This document shows, piece after piece, positions 1 through 8,124 of a stretch of 64,000 bases of DNA. A model generated the notes under the pieces. The model did no database searches. It was not told the DNA's origin and saw only the letters and a list, made by a program, of their open reading frames with translations. Made by a program: the position numbers and the translations under genes. Source of the DNA: a virus (lineage: Duplodnaviria > Caudoviricetes); IMG/VR virus record IMGVR_UViG_3300005326_000046, positions 1 to 64,000 of that record; one strand, given 5' to 3'. Position 1 is the stretch's first letter; each line of letters starts with the position of its first letter.

Positions 1-311
1 GTGATCGTCCCCAGAGTGCCCGAGCCGAGCTTCTGTGAATCAGCCGTCGAACTTGCCCCCATCGAGAACAGCGTCGAAAGAACCGAGTAGGTCCATTCAG
101 TCATGGTTACCGTGATCTTGCCAGAGCCGGCCACAACCTTGCCAGTACCGGCCACGAAACCATAGGCCTCGGAGAAATCCGGGTAGAATTCCTCCGTGCT
201 CATCTCGAAGGGGCAGTCGCCCGTCAGTGCGCCCAAGTTCGTCCCGTTGACCGTGCAGTACGCAGGGCCATAGACGATCCCGTCTTGGGTGGTCGCTGAA
301 ATTCCCGCCAT
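1..311 (-). CDS. Probable major tail tube protein (partial, runs off left edge)
   Basis: Not in ORF track. Hand translation from ATG at 311: MAGISATTQDGIVYGPAYCTVNGTNLGALTGDCPFEMSTEEFYPDFSEAYGFVAGTGKVVAGSGKITVTMTEW..., open to the edge. Beta-rich, GIVYGP start like siphovirus tail tubes, expected position after tail-completion genes. Confidence 0.6.
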   Translation of the reverse strand, partial: MAGISATTQDGIVYGPAYCTVNGTNLGALTGDCPFEMSTEEFYPDFSEAYGFVAGTGKVVAGSGKITVTMTEWTYSVLSTLFSMGASSTADSQKLGSGTLGTI

Positions 312-323
312 TGTCCACCCCGC

Positions 324-1136
324 TTAGTTGCCATAGAGGTTCTTGTGAATGACGGCAGGCCAATCGTCCACCGCCTTGAAGTATGAACGCGTCATCAGGC
401 CAGCGTACGGGTCCCAAATGCTCCCGAAGTCAATCAGCGTGATCCGCTGGTTGTAGCGCTGCCACAGATCATACATCGCAATGTTGGACAGCGCGCCCGC
501 ACTGAATCCAACCAATAACTTGTCATGAACCCCGTCGCCAATCGCGTCCGCAATACGGTCCGCGATGTCCGCGCAACGTTCGTGCGCGTCACACAGCGGA
601 ACCTCAATGAACTCTTCCAGCGTTACCACGCCGTCAAGCGCCGTCTGGACATGCGCAGGACCCACATAGATGATCGTGTAGTCCGCCATGGCCTCAATGA
701 AATCATGTAGTTCGCCACGCGCGGACGCCCGCGCAATTATCTGCCCATCGCGCCACTGCACCCGCGGCGCGTACATCTCGATCGCCTTCTCGGCCGCCCC
801 CTTCGCGCTCAGTCGAAACGCGGCAGGGCTGATGCCGTAAAGATACGGCTTACCCACCAGCGGCGGGAGCCATTCGTGCGGATGTCGCACGGTCTTGCGC
901 AACGCTCGCACGAGCGCGGGCGTGTAGCGATAGCTGTCGATCAGACTCGCGCCGCTACCACCCGGCATACCGGCAATCGCCTGCATCTCCCCATCGCCGT
1001 AGTGCGAAAAGGCAAACGGCAAACCACGCTGCAACCAATACGCCAACGTCTCGATAGTGACTTCATCGTGAATGACGACGTTGCCCTGTTCGCCGTGAAA
1101 TTCCTCTGTCCACAAATCCGTCACGCGTGCCCCCAT
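324..1136 (-). CDS. GT-D-fold (DUF1792-like) glycosyltransferase-like protein
   Basis: FAFSHYGDGE resembles the S-x-R-F/Y-G-D-G-E signature of GT-D proteins; C-terminal IDFGSIWD; adjacent to a GT2 gene; likely start MGARV at 1136. Confidence 0.55.
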   Translation of the reverse strand: MGARVTDLWTEEFHGEQGNVVIHDEVTIETLAYWLQRGLPFAFSHYGDGEMQAIAGMPGGSGASLIDSYRYTPALVRALRKTVRHPHEWLPPLVGKPYLYGISPAAFRLSAKGAAEKAIEMYAPRVQWRDGQIIARASARGELHDFIEAMADYTIIYVGPAHVQTALDGVVTLEEFIEVPLCDAHERCADIADRIADAIGDGVHDKLLVGFSAGALSNIAMYDLWQRYNQRITLIDFGSIWDPYAGLMTRSYFKAVDDWPAVIHKNLYGN

Positions 1137-1735
1137 TGTCGCATCAGCACCTTGGCGTCCTGCGTGTGCCATGGCTCCAGGAATGGCCGCACGGGATGCT
1201 TGACATAAACATGCTGCGCCCACATGGCCTTGTAGCCGAACTCTCGTGCTCGCCATTGATAATCAACGTCACTGCCATAGTGGATGTACCGTTCGTCGAG
1301 CAAACCCACTGCTTGACATAGTATAGCACGAATCAGCACACAAAAAAAGGCCAAATGATCTACTTGTGAAATGACAATGGCCTCATCGTTGCGTTTGCCG
1401 TAACATTGCGGATCCGTGCGACAACCACCGGAGGGTCCGACGAAGCCAATCGCATTATCTGACTCCATCACGGCAACCAGTTTTGCCAGCCAGTCGGTCG
1501 TGAGCGGTCTTGCGTCATCGTTCAGCAGGCACACGTAGGCCCCAGTCGCTTGACGCAGGCCAGAGTTGGCGGCCCGAGTAAAGCCAGAGTGGGCGGGATC
1601 TTCAGCGATGATCAGCCTTGCGTCCGGCACGCCACACATGGGATACGCCGTGGCCCATAGCACTTCAGCGCGTGCTGCGTTGGTGGTTGGAACGATGACG
1701 TCTACTGTCGCTGCGTTGTGTGTATCCTGTAGCAC
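1121..1735 (-). CDS. Glycosyltransferase family 2 (GT-A fold)
   Basis: DVIVPT; GFTRAANSGLRQATGAYVCLLNDD (DxD-like); FFCVLIR; GLLDERYIHYGSDVDYQWRA. Confidence 0.85.
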   Translation of the reverse strand: MLQDTHNAATVDVIVPTTNAARAEVLWATAYPMCGVPDARLIIAEDPAHSGFTRAANSGLRQATGAYVCLLNDDARPLTTDWLAKLVAVMESDNAIGFVGPSGGCRTDPQCYGKRNDEAIVISQVDHLAFFCVLIRAILCQAVGLLDERYIHYGSDVDYQWRAREFGYKAMWAQHVYVKHPVRPFLEPWHTQDAKVLMRQWGHA

Positions 1736-1859
1736 TTTTTGTCTTCCATGATCAATGTGTACATTACTAGTGTATATCGGAACGAGTATGGAAATAGTAG
1801 AAAAAGCGTACCATACTAGTTCCGCGATAATCTCATACTAGATCGTGTATTTCCCGTAG

Positions 1860-2385
1860 GGTGTCCGTCAAGCAAGCTATCCATAAGTATGCTATTGTCC
1901 TATCTGGACGGGAAGGTAAATCCTTGGCCGGGTGTCGTTGCATTCTTTTGCGCGGCGCGCCTTCCCGTTCCCTAATGCCTGTACCATGTGACTATCCTTC
2001 CCACGACAAAGGCCCAGATTGTCGGATACTGGGTATCACATAAGTTGTCACCCCGCTTCGCCCCCAGGCGGGTTACAGCCGAGGAAAACAAGGCCGACGA
2101 TTCTGCTTGAGCGTATCGACTCCCCACAGGAGAATACGACTCTGCAAAATGTTGTTGTACGACAGCCAAGGGCGAAAACGTGAGCTATCTTCGCTACCCA
2201 GATTCATACCGATCGCAGTCGCCGCAAGGCGAGTAGGTGCGTGTGAAGTCCTCGCGAGAGGCACCCGGTAAAGCTGCATCCTGGGCGGGTTACCACACAC
2301 GTTAGCGAAACAACCGACGCCGGCTCCATACGGTTGACTCGCGTGCCTATCCCCACGATAGGGGTAGGTGCGCTCACTGCCCTCA
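1860..2385 (+). ncRNA. Candidate large structured non-coding RNA, antisense to the tail operon
   Basis: No credible ORF; many helices with GNRA loops (2219-2232 GCAA, 2250-2261 GCGA) and G-U pairs that only work on the + strand (2341-2373, 2151-2166). Confidence 0.5.
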
Positions 2386-2404
2386 GCCTCACCACCGGTT
2401 GATT

Positions 2405-2848
2405 TTACGATGCGTTCCACTCTCCATAAACCACCCGATAGCGACACACGACGCGCGGCCAGGCCAACTCGGGCTCGGGCATGTTCGCGGGACCGCCGAT
2501 CATCTCACCCCAGACGATAAGTTCCGTGTGTGATCCGACCGTCACTAGCTGGCGTTCCAAACGATGCAACGCGTCTGCCAGGTACGCGGACACGCCGCGC
2601 GCGCTGGTTTGCGTCGCGCCGTAACAATAGAAAACGAACACCTCATCGGCCATGGGAATGTCCCGGTTGCCCATGCCGCCGTCACCAGCAAAGCTGATGA
2701 AGTCTTTCGGCTCACTGATGCCAACCGGAATCCCCAATGGAGGTCCGTAGATCTTCTGCGTGGTCGCGTCGAGCGCTGCCATCAGTGCCGTGACCGATGT
2801 CAAGTAGGTGTATACAAGCTTGTCGCCGTCAATGCGTGTTGCGGTCAT
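2405..2848 (-). CDS. Tail completion/terminator protein
   Basis: 147 aa, follows HK97 gp10-like gene; IYGPP...FVFYCYGAT...ARGVSAYLADAL...YRVVY pattern. Confidence 0.6.
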   Translation of the reverse strand: MTATRIDGDKLVYTYLTSVTALMAALDATTQKIYGPPLGIPVGISEPKDFISFAGDGGMGNRDIPMADEVFVFYCYGATQTSARGVSAYLADALHRLERQLVTVGSHTELIVWGEMIGGPANMPEPELAWPRVVCRYRVVYGEWNAS

Positions 2849-3352
2849 TTAGCCAAACTCCGGGAACAACGTAGCGGATGTGGGCACACTCAGGTTGACG
2901 CGCCCCTTGTACAAACTACCTGTTCCAGATAGGAACTTGCGGGCAGAACTACGCGCGATCGAATCTGTGTCAAAGCGTACTTCCTCGACAGCGGGCATGA
3001 TCCATGGGTAGCGATAGTGCGTGCCCGACTTGGTTGTCCAGCCCATTTCCAAATATGCGCCGTATTCCATGTCAGTGAAGATAAGTGCCGTCTTGAGGAA
3101 GCCGCGCGGTTGCTGTTGCGTCTTGACGCTCTTAGCCAATTCGCCCGAATCAATATGCTTGGATTGTGGACGATGAGGATGGGGACCCGGACCAATACCG
3201 GGTGATACGGAATGCTTGGCAATGTCCGCCGCGGCCGCGGCCAGAACATCGGCAACATCCTGGGCAAAGCTATTGCCCATCCTGCGCACTTCGGCGGAGC
3301 GGTTATTCACCTCGACGCGGGCACTGACACGCATTGCCTTGCTTCCAGACAC
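2849..3352 (-). CDS. HK97 gp10-like tail component
   Basis: DSGELAKSVK...EYGAYLEMGWT...YPWIMPAVE motifs; synteny. Confidence 0.75.
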   Translation of the reverse strand: MSGSKAMRVSARVEVNNRSAEVRRMGNSFAQDVADVLAAAAADIAKHSVSPGIGPGPHPHRPQSKHIDSGELAKSVKTQQQPRGFLKTALIFTDMEYGAYLEMGWTTKSGTHYRYPWIMPAVEEVRFDTDSIARSSARKFLSGTGSLYKGRVNLSVPTSATLFPEFG

Positions 3353-3368
3353 GTCTACCTCGCGCGTT

Positions 3369-3761
3369 CTAAGCAGTTCTGCGCAGCACTAGCTTGATAT
3401 GCTGATGTTCGCCAGCCGCGTCAATGATCTGTGTGACGAAGAATGGACCGGCGTCAATTGAAACGCCGTCTTGATCAACCACGTTCGTGATGCGCACAAT
3501 GTCCTCTGAGCTAAACGACTTCAGCACGGCTGGCGCATCGTCATACGGCATCCACAAGGCAAAATCACCCAACACCGCGCCAGTCTCTCGGATGGCAACC
3601 ATGTTGCGCAGCATGTCCATGTGCTGCAAGCGACAAGGTACGCCAGTGGTTGTCGTGATGCCGGCGCCCGTCCACGTCTTGATTGTGTGCCCCATGTCTG
3701 TGGACGTGGATGCCTGCAACACGGTACATGTGTGGATCATCAGCGAGTCAAAGACGCCCAT
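3369..3761 (-). CDS. Head closure (head-tail adaptor) protein
   Basis: 130 aa, HTCTVLQ...GHTIKTW...VPCRLQ...HQHIKLVLRR; synteny. Confidence 0.65.
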   Translation of the reverse strand: MGVFDSLMIHTCTVLQASTSTDMGHTIKTWTGAGITTTTGVPCRLQHMDMLRNMVAIRETGAVLGDFALWMPYDDAPAVLKSFSSEDIVRITNVVDQDGVSIDAGPFFVTQIIDAAGEHQHIKLVLRRTA

Positions 3762-4133
3762 TTAGTCGCACCAGTAGACGATGCAGCCGCCCGCGTTGGT
3801 CGCGCCACCCTGAGCAACCACCAGGCGCAACGTGCCATCAATGACGGGCAGCGCTCGATCCCCGCCTGACGTGCCAGTAAGAGCTGTGCCCGCGGCGTCA
3901 TGAACCAGGTCGCGCGGATAGTAAAATGCGTTGTCCGTGTTGGCGGCAGTCAGGGTCAGCAAGGTCTTGACGTTGCCAGGTGCTTGAGTTGACAAAACGG
4001 CGCCAACACCATCCGCAAGGTCATCCTTGAGCCACAACACAGCATAGAGAAAGCCGAACACCGCGCGGCTATCGTTGACGATAAGGTCTTGGCTGCTGTC
4101 GGTTATCCCGTAGAGCTTGGTACTGTGCAGCAT
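3762..4133 (-). CDS. Probable virion structural protein, unknown function
   Basis: AGGAG RBS before ATG 4133; small beta-rich protein inside the head-tail operon. Confidence 0.55.
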   Translation of the reverse strand: MLHSTKLYGITDSSQDLIVNDSRAVFGFLYAVLWLKDDLADGVGAVLSTQAPGNVKTLLTLTAANTDNAFYYPRDLVHDAAGTALTGTSGGDRALPVIDGTLRLVVAQGGATNAGGCIVYWCD

Positions 4134-4154
4134 TGTGCAACTCCTGATAAGGAG

Positions 4155-4200
4155 CGGGCAGACGGCGAGGAAGGAGAGAGGGAACTCTACCGTCTGCCCG
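4155..4200. other. Strong intergenic hairpin (11-bp perfect stem, 24-nt loop)
   Basis: CGGGCAGACGG (4155-4165) / CCGTCTGCCCG (4190-4200). Confidence 0.7.
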
Positions 4201-4229
4201 GCATCCACTAGGTATTACGGCGTGCCATT

Positions 4230-6107
4230 CTAGTAGGCCGCCAGCACCGCGATATCGGCCGTTGATTGGTCAGTGATGTAGACAATGAAGTCAGAGCCGG
4301 TCTCGTAGTGCACAAGGTAGTCCGTCAGTTCAACCAGCGATGCGCCGGACTCAGTGTTGATGACTCCGAGCACGCCGTCCTGTTGAATCGCCACTCCCAG
4401 GGCCTCTTCATCGGCGCTGTCCCACACATAAGCAACGTCCAGATACATCGTGAACGCGCCCAGCGCGGTTTCACCCTGAGCCGACATGAGCACGGCCACG
4501 TCAGAGATTACGTCGCCAGTGCCAGCAGCGAGAGCCGAGATATCGACTTCCAGCCAGGTCCAGGCGTTGGTGGCTGTGAGCGCCGGGATGTCGAAGGTTT
4601 GCGCGCCGCCGTCATCCGTGAGGACCAGCGTAAGGTCACCGGCAGCCCAGGTCGCGGTCGAGTAGACCAGCAAGCCGACAGATTCCATATCCTCCCAGGA
4701 TGCATTCGCGCCAAGGCCCGCGTCAATGAAGCCATCCGTGGCGGCTGCATCCACAGCAAACGCGGCCTCGTAAGATCCCGCGCCGTATTTGTAGATGGCC
4801 GTCTCAGCCGCTTCAGTTACGCTTGCGTCGACGGGGGCAAACTCGCCTTCCGGCGAATCGTCAAGCAAGGCAATCGTCTGCGAGCCGGGATTCGTACCCT
4901 GTCCGCCTCCGATCAACTTGATGCGCGGCAGGCCGATGAACTCTGTCTTCGCGCCTGCATTGCCGCCTGAACTATCCGCCGTTAGCGTCATGTCAACCGC
5001 TTGCGAGGTTAGCGCTACAGTGCCTGTCGCATCTTGCAAGGTGACAGTTCTATCTGCGGTAGGGTCAGTCGCGGCGATGGTCGTCTCGTAGTCATTCGCT
5101 GTCGCGCCTTCCCACACAAGGCCGTTGGATGCACCCGTGACAGCGTTTGCCGCGTCTACTCCATTCGTAGCTAGGCTTGACAACATAACTGTCCCGCTTG
5201 CATCAGGAATCGTAACCGTATTGTCTGCGGTTGGGTCAGTGACCGTCAATGTCGTCTCGAACGCGTCTGCTCCGCCCGTCGCACCTTCGAAGACCAGACC
5301 ATTGGATGCGCCCCATACGCCGTTGGCCGCATCTGGACCATTGGTTGCCAGACTAGACAACATCACGGTTCCGCCTGCATCCGGTAGCACCACGGATCGG
5401 GCTGCAGTGGGATCGGTAGCAGTTACCGTCATTTCGTAGGCGTCCGCGGTGGCACCTTCCCAAATCAGCGAGTTTGTGCCGCCGGTAACGCTGTTTGTGA
5501 TGGCCGTCCCGTTGGTCGCGAGGCTGGACATCATGATTGCGCCAGTCTCGTTCGGGATGGTGTACGTGCGATCCGCGGTCGGGTCTACCACTGCCAACGT
5601 GCCTTCATAGACGTCCGCGGTGTCGCCCTCGAATTCGATACTTGCTCCATACGGATTCAGTGCGATCGTGCCCGAGCTGTTGGGAACAGTGATGGTGCGA
5701 TCCTCTGTTGGGTCAGTGATGGCGAACGTGGTTTCGTCGGCGTCTGCCGTGGCTCCCTCGAACGTCAGAGATCCCAGCGTCCAGGTATTGCCAGTCGCGC
5801 CGTCTACCGTAAAGCTCGGAGTGGACCCGTTGTCCGTGTAGATACTGACGTCCGATCCGTTCCACCCCGTGATGCCGTCCCCGTTGGTGTCAAGCACTCC
5901 CGCGCGCTCGATCGTGCCACGCGTGCCAACACTAGCCGCGCTGGCAGTGGACAGCGCACTGACCTCCGCCGACAGGGCCGCGATGGCAACGTTTTGCTGT
6001 TCAACGCGCGGTTGCACCACGCCAATGTCATACCCCAGCACAGCGCCGATGGCCAGCACCGCGATGAGGACGATGCGAAGAATGTCGATCAACTTCTCTT
6101 TGTCCAT
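4230..6107 (-). CDS. Fibre-like repeat protein with N-terminal hydrophobic helix
   Basis: Five EGATAD..ETT...TDPTADRT.T.P repeats; N-terminal LIDILRIVLIAVLAIGAVLGY; acidic beta-rich C-terminal domain. Confidence 0.7.
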   Translation of the reverse strand: MDKEKLIDILRIVLIAVLAIGAVLGYDIGVVQPRVEQQNVAIAALSAEVSALSTASAASVGTRGTIERAGVLDTNGDGITGWNGSDVSIYTDNGSTPSFTVDGATGNTWTLGSLTFEGATADADETTFAITDPTEDRTITVPNSSGTIALNPYGASIEFEGDTADVYEGTLAVVDPTADRTYTIPNETGAIMMSSLATNGTAITNSVTGGTNSLIWEGATADAYEMTVTATDPTAARSVVLPDAGGTVMLSSLATNGPDAANGVWGASNGLVFEGATGGADAFETTLTVTDPTADNTVTIPDASGTVMLSSLATNGVDAANAVTGASNGLVWEGATANDYETTIAATDPTADRTVTLQDATGTVALTSQAVDMTLTADSSGGNAGAKTEFIGLPRIKLIGGGQGTNPGSQTIALLDDSPEGEFAPVDASVTEAAETAIYKYGAGSYEAAFAVDAAATDGFIDAGLGANASWEDMESVGLLVYSTATWAAGDLTLVLTDDGGAQTFDIPALTATNAWTWLEVDISALAAGTGDVISDVAVLMSAQGETALGAFTMYLDVAYVWDSADEEALGVAIQQDGVLGVINTESGASLVELTDYLVHYETGSDFIVYITDQSTADIAVLAAY

Positions 6108-6119
6108 GTTGTACCTCTC

Positions 6120-6938
6120 TTAGAGTTTCGGTGAATGCCACTCAATGGTTTCGACAACCGTATCTGGGATTGGATAGCCATCCTGATACGTTACCGAGTA
6201 GTCACCGATCTTCTTGCTCTTCACCCCGCCGCTATCGCGCCAGCCGTGCCACATGCTGCCGAGAAGCGCAACTACCTCTTCGATGCCCAGCGCCGGGATG
6301 TAACGATAGATTGCGGCTGCATTGCTATGTGTTGCTGCGGTGGTACCGTTGTTGCCGCGCAGGACCGTTATCGTGTTGCCACTGATCCCGGAGATGAACA
6401 TCTGCTCTGTGTCAACCAGCAAACTCCAGCCCACTTGTAGCAGCGCGCCAGAGCTTGCCGTGAATGTCGTCGCGGACGTGCTGGTGATGGCCGCGCCCAG
6501 CGTCGCGCCCGTGTCGTCGTAGTCCTCACTGTAACCCCAGCGCCCCAGAATCGAGATTGCCTTCTTGCGCGTGTCTGAGTAGTACCAGAAGCGCGACGTC
6601 TCGATCAACTCGATACGTTGCTTGGGGTAGCTGTTCAGCGGGTATAGCACGTAGTCGCTGGCGTCGATCACACCTTCATCATCGCTCATGGTCGTGATTG
6701 CCAGCAACCCGTTGCCGCCGCGCAGATACAACGCCTGTCGCGGCCACGTGGGCCAGTCGAAGTAGCGCGTTTCCGTGACCGGGATGAACGTCCATCCGGC
6801 CGTGGTGTCGACCCACGCGCTCGCGCGCTCGATGTAGCGGCTGAGCTTGGCATCATGTGTCGTTGTAGCAGCAGCGATGCCAAGCTCATTCTTGAGCGCG
6901 TCCAGGCTGATGTACCAACGCCGTGAGCGCGTCGCCAT
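6120..6938 (-). CDS. Head-tail connector (HK97 gp6/SPP1 gp15-like)
   Basis: YISLDALKNELGI...HDAKLSRYIERASAWVDTTAG; C-terminal VKSKKIGDYSVTY. Confidence 0.75.
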   Translation of the reverse strand: MATRSRRWYISLDALKNELGIAAATTTHDAKLSRYIERASAWVDTTAGWTFIPVTETRYFDWPTWPRQALYLRGGNGLLAITTMSDDEGVIDASDYVLYPLNSYPKQRIELIETSRFWYYSDTRKKAISILGRWGYSEDYDDTGATLGAAITSTSATTFTASSGALLQVGWSLLVDTEQMFISGISGNTITVLRGNNGTTAATHSNAAAIYRYIPALGIEEVVALLGSMWHGWRDSGGVKSKKIGDYSVTYQDGYPIPDTVVETIEWHSPKL

Positions 6939-6940
6939 AG

Positions 6941-7174
6941 CTACTTGCTCCTAGCGCGCCGCTTGGGCTTTGCTTCAGCTTCGGACGCATCAACCTCCGC
7001 TTCGTCTGCGGGCGATGCGTCTTCAGTGACCGGTTCTACGACGAATTCCGCCACATGCCGCTGATTGACCAGGTAGTCCGCGATGTCCGCTTCCAGGTCG
7101 TATTCTACCCCGGCCTCAAGCGGATGTCGGCAAAACCACCCCTGGCGAAATTCAGTCATGACGATTCGTGTCAT
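6941..7174 (-). CDS. Small acidic capsid-adjacent protein
   Basis: GGAAGGAG RBS; acidic with basic tail KPKRRARSK, typical of the gene after a major capsid gene. Confidence 0.6.
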   Translation of the reverse strand: MTRIVMTEFRQGWFCRHPLEAGVEYDLEADIADYLVNQRHVAEFVVEPVTEDASPADEAEVDASEAEAKPKRRARSK

Positions 7175-7189
7175 GGTCACTCCTTCCAC

Positions 7190-7218
7190 TTGACTTTGCT
7201 ATGTCGCCATGTTATACT
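7190..7218 (+). promoter_or_regulatory. sigma70-type promoter for the HNH gene
   Basis: TTGACT-17 bp-TATACT. Confidence 0.7.
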
Positions 7219-7248
7219 TAGTGCAACACAAACTAGGGAGATGCCAAC

Positions 7249-8124
7249 ATGACGAAACAACTCAGTCACAAGAACAGGTACAGTCGCTCATCCTATCATC
7301 GCAGGAAGGAACAAGGTCTTTGCCCACGATGTGGGAGTGAACGTGAAGACACCAGTCTCAGTTATTGCCGATCTTGTCTTGATAAGCAGAATGCTGAGCG
7401 CGACAAGAATCGACAAAAACATCGTGAGTACATGCAACGCTGGTATTCTACCATCCAAGGACAGGAACTTCGCCTCAGTAAGCTCTCAAAACGTAGACTC
7501 GAACCTGTTGACGAAACCAGACCCGAGAGTTACGTTCAGTGTACTATCTGTGGTGAAAAGTTTCGCCAGATAACCAGCACTCACCTGAAACTCCACGGTC
7601 TCACGACTACTGAATACAAGGGCCACGGGCACCCCTTGATGTGCCAAGAGAAACTCGATCGCAACGCCGAAGTACTCAAGGCTCGCTCCGAACAACAGCA
7701 GGGAGAGAACCATCCAGCATGGAAGGGCGGACATAAGTCAAAGCTTTCAGGGTATCGCTATATTTATCGTAATGGGAAACCCATGTACGAACATCGAGCC
7801 ATCATGGAAGACGTCCTACAGCGTCCACTGCAAAGCAATGAGCAGGTCCACCACATTGACGGCAACCGAGCCAACAACGATCCATCTAACCTGATGATTC
7901 TGAGCGCACCAGATCATACAAGGATCACCGCAAAACGCAGTTACGCGTCATGGCGGCGTCTAGGCGTGGTCGCCATTAGGTCCATGTTGTCACGTGGATG
8001 GTCTCTAGATGAAATCAGTAGTGAGTTCAACATCACCACAGAAACCATCCTGATACAGCTACGCAAGCATCCTGACACGCTGCAAGAACCACCGGTCAGC
8101 GCATCAGATAATGCTACACGGTAA
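7249..8124 (+). CDS. Free-standing HNH homing endonuclease with zinc-finger and HTH modules
   Basis: CPRC..CRSC; CTICGEKFRQITSTHLKLHG; HPAWKGG; EHRAIME...VHHIDGNRANNDPSNL (HNH); C-terminal HTH. Confidence 0.9.
   Translation: MTKQLSHKNRYSRSSYHRRKEQGLCPRCGSEREDTSLSYCRSCLDKQNAERDKNRQKHREYMQRWYSTIQGQELRLSKLSKRRLEPVDETRPESYVQCTICGEKFRQITSTHLKLHGLTTTEYKGHGHPLMCQEKLDRNAEVLKARSEQQQGENHPAWKGGHKSKLSGYRYIYRNGKPMYEHRAIMEDVLQRPLQSNEQVHHIDGNRANNDPSNLMILSAPDHTRITAKRSYASWRRLGVVAIRSMLSRGWSLDEISSEFNITTETILIQLRKHPDTLQEPPVSASDNATR

Noticed and set aside
97-417. 106-aa minus-strand ORF in the track
   Set aside because: Overlaps a better frame (ATG 311) with tail-tube-like sequence and normal composition
1860-2385. 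Group I/II intron, RNase P or tmRNA identity for the structured region
   Set aside because: No catalytic-core signatures found by eye (no domain V hairpin, no GGAAAGUCC, no tRNA-like ends) and no interrupted host ORF
1972-2447. Short ORFs 1972-2169, 2073-2447, 2204-2395 and 1861-2043
   Set aside because: No RBS, atypical composition, mutually overlapping; dense secondary structure explains the region better
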